Assembly (NCBI GenBank): GCA_949288725.1 | Contig: CASELF010000027.1 | Location: 89,487-153,486 of the forward strand | Direction of reading: 5' to 3' | DNA: 64,000 nucleotides | From: an uncultured bacterium | Lineage (GTDB): Bacteria; Cyanobacteriota; Vampirovibrionia; Gastranaerophilales; Gastranaerophilaceae | In this document: positions 58,234 to 64,000 of the stretch, piece by piece | How positions within the stretch are numbered: the first letter of the stretch is position 1 | How the letters are laid out: each line of letters opens with the position of its first letter | Translations under genes and position numbers: made by a program | The notes under the pieces: generated by a model | What the model was told of the DNA's origin: nothing | Databases searched by the model: none | Seen by the model: only the letters and a program-made list of their open reading frames with translations

Positions 58234-60936
58234 TTATTTAGATTTTTTTGCTACAGGGTAGTAATCTCTTACAACACCTTCGAAAGCATCAATATAAATT
58301 TGTTTCATATCAGACATGATCGGATAAACAGGGTTAGCACCTGTACATTGATCGTCAAATGCCAATTCAACCATTTCATCCAATTTAGCATAGAATTCTT
58401 CTTCAGGGTTTTGAACACCTTGTTTTTCCATGAATTCTTTAATTGAATTAGGAAGTTCAACCTTCTTCATCAATTCATCGATTGCATCAAGTAACAATTG
58501 AACTTTTTCTTCATTAGTTTTACCACCCAATTTCAATTCATCTGCAATTTGAGCATATCTTTCAACTGCACATGGATATTTGTATTGAGGGAATGTTGCT
58601 TGTTTTTTAGGACAATCAGAAGCATTATATTTAATAATTTGTCTGATTAATAAAGCGTTAGCAACACCGTGTGGTACGTGGAACATAGCACCTAATTTGT
58701 GAGCCATAGAGTGGCACAATCCTAAGAAAGCGTTAGCAAATGCCATACCTGCAATAGTTGCAGCATAGTGCATTTTTTCTCTTGCGATAGGATCATTAGC
58801 ACCATCTTTATAACTTCTTTCCAAATACTTGAATACTAATTTGCAAGCTTCCAAAGCATTTGAATTAGTGAAGTTAGTAGCCATACAAGAAACATAAGCC
58901 TCAATTGCGTGAACTAAAGCATCAATACCTGAAGCAGATGTCAAACCTTTAGGCATTGTATCAACATAGTTAGGGTCAACAATAGCCATAGAAGGAGTCA
59001 ACGCATAATCTGCAATTGCATATTTAACACCTTCTTTATCATCAGTAATGATAGAGAATGGAGTAACTTCTGAACCAGTACCTGAAGTTGTAGGAATAGC
59101 AACCATTTTTGCTTTCTTACCAAGTTCAGGAAGCATACAAATTCTCTTTCTGATATCTAAGAATCTCATAGAAATATCAGAGAAGTTAGTATCAGGTTGT
59201 TCATAACGTAACCAAAGAATCTTAGCAGCATCCATAGGAGAACCACCACCTAATGCGATGATTACATCCGGTTCAAACGGACGCATAATAGCAAAAGCTT
59301 CTTCAATAGTTGATAATGTTGGATCAGGTTTTACATCAAAGAATACTTCATGTTCAATACCTAACTCATCTAAAACATTAGTAATTTTATTAGCCATGCC
59401 AGAATTGAATAAGAATCTATCAGTTACGATAAATGCTCTCTTACAACCAGCCAATTCTCTCAATGCAAGGTCAGTAGCACCACGTTTGAAGTAAACCTTT
59501 TGAGGAACCTTAAACCATAACATATTTTCTCTCCTTTCAGCAACACGTTTGTAGTTTAATAAGTCAGCAACACCAACATTACCTGAAACAGAGTTTTTAC
59601 CCCAAGAACCACAACCTAATGTTAATGATGGTTCCATACGGAAGTTGTATAAATCACCAATACCACCTTGAGATGATGGTTGATTAATCAAAACTCTGCA
59701 AGAAGGCATTTTCTTAGCATAAGCATCGATTCTATCTTTCTTTCTGTCATCAGTGTGTAGAACAGAAGTATGACCAGCACCACCTCTAGATACTAAATAA
59801 TAAGCCTCTTCAGTTGCTTCTTCAAAATCTTTTGCTCTGTACATTGCTAAAATTGGAGATAATTTTTCTCTTGAGAACGGATCTGACCAATCAACAGTTT
59901 TTCTTTGAGCAAGAAGAACTTTAGCATTTTCAGGAACATCAAAACCTGCTAATTTAGCGATTGTGTGTGCAGATTGACCAACAATCTTAGGATGAGCAGT
60001 TCCTCTTTGAGGATCGATAAATCCGAAATCAATAAGTTTTTGCATTTCAGCTTCAGTTAAAATGTGAGCACCACGGTATGCAAATTCTTTTTTAACTTCT
60101 TCATATATACTATCAACAACAATTACAGATTGTTCAGAAGCACAAATCATACCATTATCGAATGTTTTTGACATCAAAATTGAAGATACTGCAGTTTTAA
60201 TATCAGCAGTTTCATCGATAACAGCAGAAACGTTACCAGGACCAACACCTAAAGCAGGATTACCTGATGAATAAGCTGCTGTAACCATTCCAGGACCGCC
60301 TGTTGCTAAAATACAAGAAATCTTTTTGTGTTTCATCAATTGTCCTGATAACTCGATAGAAGGAACATCAATCCATCCGATAATATCTTCAGGAGCACCA
60401 GCCTTAACTGCAGCTTCCAAAACTACTTTTGCAGCAGCAATAGTACATTCTTTTGCTCTTGGGTGTGGTGAAAAGATGATTGCGTTTCTTGTTTTTAATG
60501 CAATCAATGATTTGAATATTGCAGTTGATGTTGGGTTTGTTGTAGGTACAATACCTGCAATAACACCTAAAGGTTCTGCAACAACTTTTACACCGTTTTC
60601 TTTATCATTACTGATAATACCACAAGTTTTTGTATTCTTATGTTTATTATAAATGTATTCTGCAGCAAAGTGGTTTTTCATAATTTTATCTTCTAAAACA
60701 CCCATGCCAGTTTCTTTAACAGCCATTTTTGCTAAAGGAATACGAGCCTTGTCTGCAGCAGTTGCAGCTGCTTTAAAAATCTTATCAACTTGTTCTTGAG
60801 TAAATGTTGAATAGATTTTTTGTGCCTTTTGAACTCTTTCAATTAGAAGTTCTAATTGTTCTGCGTTGTCAACAAGACTAGACTTATTTAAAGTCTGTTC
60901 AAGTTTTTCAACGTCTTTTTTGCTTTTTGTTGTCAT
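58234..60936 (-). CDS. adhE: Bifunctional acetaldehyde-CoA/alcohol dehydrogenase
   Basis: ~900 aa. N-terminal ALDH domain (catalytic-Cys region MICASEQS) and a C-terminal Fe-ADH domain (GGGSPMDAAK, His-rich metal site). The ATG at 60936 has AAAGGAG upstream. Confidence 0.96.
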   Translation of the reverse strand: MTTKSKKDVEKLEQTLNKSSLVDNAEQLELLIERVQKAQKIYSTFTQEQVDKIFKAAATAADKARIPLAKMAVKETGMGVLEDKIMKNHFAAEYIYNKHKNTKTCGIISNDKENGVKVVAEPLGVIAGIVPTTNPTSTAIFKSLIALKTRNAIIFSPHPRAKECTIAAAKVVLEAAVKAGAPEDIIGWIDVPSIELSGQLMKHKKISCILATGGPGMVTAAYSSGNPALGVGPGNVSAVIDETADIKTAVSSILMSKTFDNGMICASEQSVIVVDSIYEEVKKEFAYRGAHILTEAEMQKLIDFGFIDPQRGTAHPKIVGQSAHTIAKLAGFDVPENAKVLLAQRKTVDWSDPFSREKLSPILAMYRAKDFEEATEEAYYLVSRGGAGHTSVLHTDDRKKDRIDAYAKKMPSCRVLINQPSSQGGIGDLYNFRMEPSLTLGCGSWGKNSVSGNVGVADLLNYKRVAERRENMLWFKVPQKVYFKRGATDLALRELAGCKRAFIVTDRFLFNSGMANKITNVLDELGIEHEVFFDVKPDPTLSTIEEAFAIMRPFEPDVIIALGGGSPMDAAKILWLRYEQPDTNFSDISMRFLDIRKRICMLPELGKKAKMVAIPTTSGTGSEVTPFSIITDDKEGVKYAIADYALTPSMAIVDPNYVDTMPKGLTSASGIDALVHAIEAYVSCMATNFTNSNALEACKLVFKYLERSYKDGANDPIAREKMHYAATIAGMAFANAFLGLCHSMAHKLGAMFHVPHGVANALLIRQIIKYNASDCPKKQATFPQYKYPCAVERYAQIADELKLGGKTNEEKVQLLLDAIDELMKKVELPNSIKEFMEKQGVQNPEEEFYAKLDEMVELAFDDQCTGANPVYPIMSDMKQIYIDAFEGVVRDYYPVAKKSK

Positions 60937-60988
60937 ACTTTTTCTCCTTTTTATAACACACAATTTGTAATATAATTCAAATTTTAAT

Positions 60989-61006
60989 TTGTGAATTTTA
61001 TCACAA
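60989..61006. promoter_or_regulatory. Rex-box/CRP-type palindromic operator upstream of adhE
   Basis: TTGTGAATTTTATCACAA contains TGTGA-N6-TCACA with perfect arms and differs at 1 position from the Rex consensus TTGTGAA-N4-TTCACAA. It lies 53-70 nt upstream of the adhE ATG. Confidence 0.5.
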
Positions 61007-61385
61007 TAATATTTTACAATAAATAAATTACATAATCAAGTGTTATGTTTACAATCTTTATAAATTTTTTATCTGAAAAACAAAAAGCCCCAAACGCACA
61101 AATAATGGCAAAAATATTCCTAAAAGCAAAAAATACATGCCCAAAAGTCATGAAAAATAAATTATTAATATATAAATAAATCAAGAAAAATAAACAATTA
61201 AACTAAAAGACAATTATATTCCCCCATCCGGACTATTTTTTAAAAATAAAGACCAGCCAATCAGATAATTTAATTCAGACAAAAAAAGGCTAAGATATAG
61301 CAATAAGTGCATATTCTACACTTTATCCCAAATAGTTGATTTTCTGCATATTTCAGACAATCTTAACAAAACTTCATCATAGGGG

Positions 61386-61414
61386 TTGACAAAAAAACAT
61401 ATATGGACTATAGT
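61386..61414 (+). promoter_or_regulatory. Near-consensus sigma-70 promoter for the 99-aa ORF
   Basis: TTGACA (61386-61391), a 17-nt spacer, then TATAGT (61409-61414). This is ~50 nt upstream of the ATG at 61467. Confidence 0.6.
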
Positions 61415-61466
61415 AAAAGTGTTAGATGAAGTGTTAATTAAACACTTAATAACAAAGGAGGTTACT

Positions 61467-61766
61467 ATGTTAACAATAAACGCAGTAAATATAAATTCAC
61501 AATATACACCATTCAGAAACAGACAATCTGTAAACAACAACACAAACAACAATAAAGTTGGTGTTATGTCTATAGATAAAACAAACAACTCTAAAGTTCA
61601 TTTTGAAAAGGATTTGTTTGAATCAAAGAAAGCAGACGTTGTTCAATCAAATCCAATCAAAGCGATAGGTTACAATTTTGTAAAGGCTTATAATATACTA
61701 TGCACTCCAAAAAGACGTGCAGCCCAAACTGAATCAACATATATTCATTTGCCATATATGGCATAA
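61467..61766 (+). CDS. Hypothetical small protein (99 aa), N-rich
   Basis: The ATG at 61467 is preceded by a perfect AAGGAGG. It has its own promoter and terminator. The antisense ORF 61316-61588 is rejected. Confidence 0.6.
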   Translation: MLTINAVNINSQYTPFRNRQSVNNNTNNNKVGVMSIDKTNNSKVHFEKDLFESKKADVVQSNPIKAIGYNFVKAYNILCTPKRRAAQTESTYIHLPYMA

Positions 61767-61846
61767 AATCATATGAAAGACTTAACTCTTTTTATTTACC
61801 CCGCAAAGGTTTTAGATATACTTAAAACCACACTTTAGACCAAATA

Positions 61847-61877
61847 ATGTCCTCTCCGTTTGGAGGGGACATTTTTA
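61847..61877 (+). terminator. Intrinsic terminator of the 99-aa ORF
   Basis: ATGTCCTCTCC-GTTT-GGAGGGGACAT followed by TTTTT. Confidence 0.8.
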
Positions 61878-61995
61878 TGTATAAAACATTTACTAAATAA
61901 GTGTACCAAATACAATATAGGCGCATTTTAACACACGATACAATAACCCATTTGCAAAGAACTTATATTACTTCAACAAAGTTTTGAAACAAGGA

Positions 61996-62691
61996 TTACC
62001 AATTAGTACGGGTTAAGACGGTTTTGCCGTTTTTATCATACATTTTGTCCTTGTACCAAACTCCTTGGAACTCTTTATCAGGGCCGAACATGTATTGAAT
62101 ATCTTTGGACACAAAATATATAGCGCTTTTAAGTCTGCCTTTTCTATCATATTGCATAGAAGTATAAGGAAAATTCGGATATTCATCAGACATTACATCT
62201 GTATAATACATTTTTCCAAAAGCAGTGTAGTAGAATGCATTTTTAGGGTTATTTTTATATTGAATTGCGTACATCACAAGGGTATTTTTCTTATAGAAAA
62301 ACGCACAATATTTGGCATCTTCATCTTCTGTTACACCGTTGTTAGTCAGCATATAATGATGTTTGTAATCTTTATCTTTAAAATAGTCAGAAAAAGTCTT
62401 TTTAAATTCATCTTTTGTATAATAAACTTTACTTGTATTATTTTCAAAAAGTTTTGCTTTATAATCGCTAATCAAATCTTCTTTCTGCTCTTGAGAAATA
62501 TCAAGCCAATCAAAAGCAACTTCAAGTTGCAAGACTTTATCGGAAGGAGTAACTTTTTGCTCCTCTTGTTTAACTTCCAGATTATTAGCATGCTCAACAT
62601 CATCAAGGCTGTAAATTTCTTCAACGGCATAAGCCAAATTAAACCCTGAACAGATTAAACAAGCGAATAAGATTACAAAAAACTTTTTCAT
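61996..62691 (-). CDS. Secreted hypothetical protein (231 aa), Y/K-rich
   Basis: Signal peptide MKKFFVILFACLICSGFNLAYA. It starts 9 nt after the preceding gene's stop. No motif recognised with confidence. Confidence 0.55.
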   Translation of the reverse strand: MKKFFVILFACLICSGFNLAYAVEEIYSLDDVEHANNLEVKQEEQKVTPSDKVLQLEVAFDWLDISQEQKEDLISDYKAKLFENNTSKVYYTKDEFKKTFSDYFKDKDYKHHYMLTNNGVTEDEDAKYCAFFYKKNTLVMYAIQYKNNPKNAFYYTAFGKMYYTDVMSDEYPNFPYTSMQYDRKGRLKSAIYFVSKDIQYMFGPDKEFQGVWYKDKMYDKNGKTVLTRTNW

Positions 62692-62700
62692 ATAATTCTC

Positions 62701-63384
62701 CTATAGTGTATTGTGTAAAATTCTATATGCAATACGCATTTTTAAAGAAAAAAGATTATCTTCAGCCGCAAACAAGTTTGCTTCATTAACAGCATATTCT
62801 TCAGGCGTAATAATACCGTTTATTTGAAAACCAAGAAATTGATTTTTAGGACCTCTGCGTGATTTTGTTGCCATTGCATAAATGTAAGCAGCCATATCAT
62901 CTTTATCGATCAAATTATCACCGGAAGGTTCGCCGTGAGCAGACAATTTGCTAAATCCGTTTCTTATTTGCACCTTAATTTTTGCAAAATAATCAGGGCG
63001 ATTCATTATATCATAATGTCCAAACCTGTACCTGAACTGATAAGCCTCATACTGAGCATAATCAAGTTTTCCGGTCAAATTACCTGTTTCTCTGGCCATA
63101 AACAGAAGATAAGATTCAGCGATACTTTGAATTTCAGATTTCAAAGTATCATCAAGTTTTTTAATATCTTCAGGAGTTTTATCAGGTTTATCGGCAAGTC
63201 TTCTCCAAGAATTAGGCAAAACTTCAAACGCTTCGGCTTTAGGATTAGTAATACCACTTTGAGTAACCATGTCGTTAAACAACAATCCGACAGCCTGACC
63301 TAATTCAGCATTGCCGCCGGACAACTCCTTTAGAATAGAAGTCCTTTGTGGTTTTACGTTACGTCCAAAGTTTTGCATAGGCAA
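62701..63384 (-). CDS. Hypothetical protein (227 aa)
   Basis: ORF starting 6 nt after the activase-like gene's stop. No motif recognised. Confidence 0.5.
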   Translation of the reverse strand: MPMQNFGRNVKPQRTSILKELSGGNAELGQAVGLLFNDMVTQSGITNPKAEAFEVLPNSWRRLADKPDKTPEDIKKLDDTLKSEIQSIAESYLLFMARETGNLTGKLDYAQYEAYQFRYRFGHYDIMNRPDYFAKIKVQIRNGFSKLSAHGEPSGDNLIDKDDMAAYIYAMATKSRRGPKNQFLGFQINGIITPEEYAVNEANLFAAEDNLFSLKMRIAYRILHNTL

Positions 63385-63390
63385 ATTGTC

Positions 63391-64000
63391 CTAACTTATA
63401 TCCCAACGTCCGCATGTTCCGCCCCAACGAGCGATAATATTACCTTTCACATCCTTTATTTTTTCTACATGTTGAACTTCATTAACACCTTCAACAATTG
63501 TAATAACTTCACAATTGTTAGAACATCCTGTACATCCGCAAGTTATTGATGAAAAATGCATATCTGCAACATTCCAACCCTTGAATTTTGTTGAAACTTC
63601 TGTATATTGATGATTTTCCATAGCCAATAAAGCAGCACCAATTGCACCCATAGTTTGGTGATTTTCAGGAACAACGATTTTTGTATTCAAGGCTTCTTCA
63701 AATGCCTTAACCATGCCTGTATTAGTTGCAACACCGCCTTGGAAAGAAACAGTTGGAAGGAGTTCCTTACCTAAAGCCAAATTACTCAAGTAATTTCTAA
63801 CAAGTGCTTGGCATAGACCATACAACAAATCCTCAACAGGATAACCTAATTGTTGCTTGTGAATAAGGTCACTTTCAGCAAAAACGCCGCAACGACCGGC
63901 AATACGAGCCGGATTTGTTGAACGTAATGCAGTTTCACCGAACTGTTCAATAGGAACATTCAATCTTTGCGCCTGATGGTCAAGGAAACTTCCTGTACCT
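63391..64000 (-). CDS. BcrAD/BadFG-family ATPase (2-hydroxyacyl-CoA dehydratase activase-like); 5' part outside the window
   Basis: The frame stays open to nt 64000 (..GTGSFLDHQAQRLNVPIEQF..). It contains FQGGVATNTGMVKAFEEAL and GAIGAALLA (actin-like ATPase fold of activases) and a Cys-rich C-terminal extension (CGCTGCSNNCE...GGTCGRWD). Confidence 0.7.
   Translation of the reverse strand, partial: GTGSFLDHQAQRLNVPIEQFGETALRSTNPARIAGRCGVFAESDLIHKQQLGYPVEDLLYGLCQALVRNYLSNLALGKELLPTVSFQGGVATNTGMVKAFEEALNTKIVVPENHQTMGAIGAALLAMENHQYTEVSTKFKGWNVADMHFSSITCGCTGCSNNCEVITIVEGVNEVQHVEKIKDVKGNIIARWGGTCGRWDIS

Overview
AT-rich bacterial chromosomal segment with about 50 protein-coding genes on both strands. 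By eye I found no rRNA, tRNA, CRISPR array, transposase or prophage block. The backbone is housekeeping: dnaE, a gcvT-gcvH-gcvPA glycine-cleavage operon, a J-domain chaperone, an AddAB-like helicase/nuclease pair, ruvA, dnaA, ftsH, comM/yifB, a group-3 (FliA/SigF-type) sigma factor, xerD, a dGTPase-like HD protein, two ABC permeases, uvrB, pilT, recF, pyrG, gatC, pepA and adhE. Lineage-specific ORFans are interspersed, including two very large low-complexity proteins (715 and 1476 aa). The gene content (prepilin-type pilin, PilT, AdhE, many ORFans, strong SD sites, very low GC) would fit an uncultured anaerobe such as a Melainabacteria-like lineage, but that is inference only. Most noteworthy observations: (1) a divergent RelA/SpoT-fold (alarmone-synthetase/toxSAS-like) protein with a large insertion, in an operon with a 135-aa ORFan and possibly a J-protein; (2) a GC-rich, highly structured ~170-nt intergenic RNA element at 37453-37626; (3) a fused AddB-like/AddA-like 1306-aa helicase whose Fe-S Cas4-like nuclease is a separate overlapping gene; (4) ftsH interrupted by two in-frame stop codons 9 nt apart, with the conserved C-terminal tail still intact downstream; (5) a Rex/CRP-type palindrome in front of adhE. 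All functional calls rest on motif recognition by eye. No database search or folding program was available.
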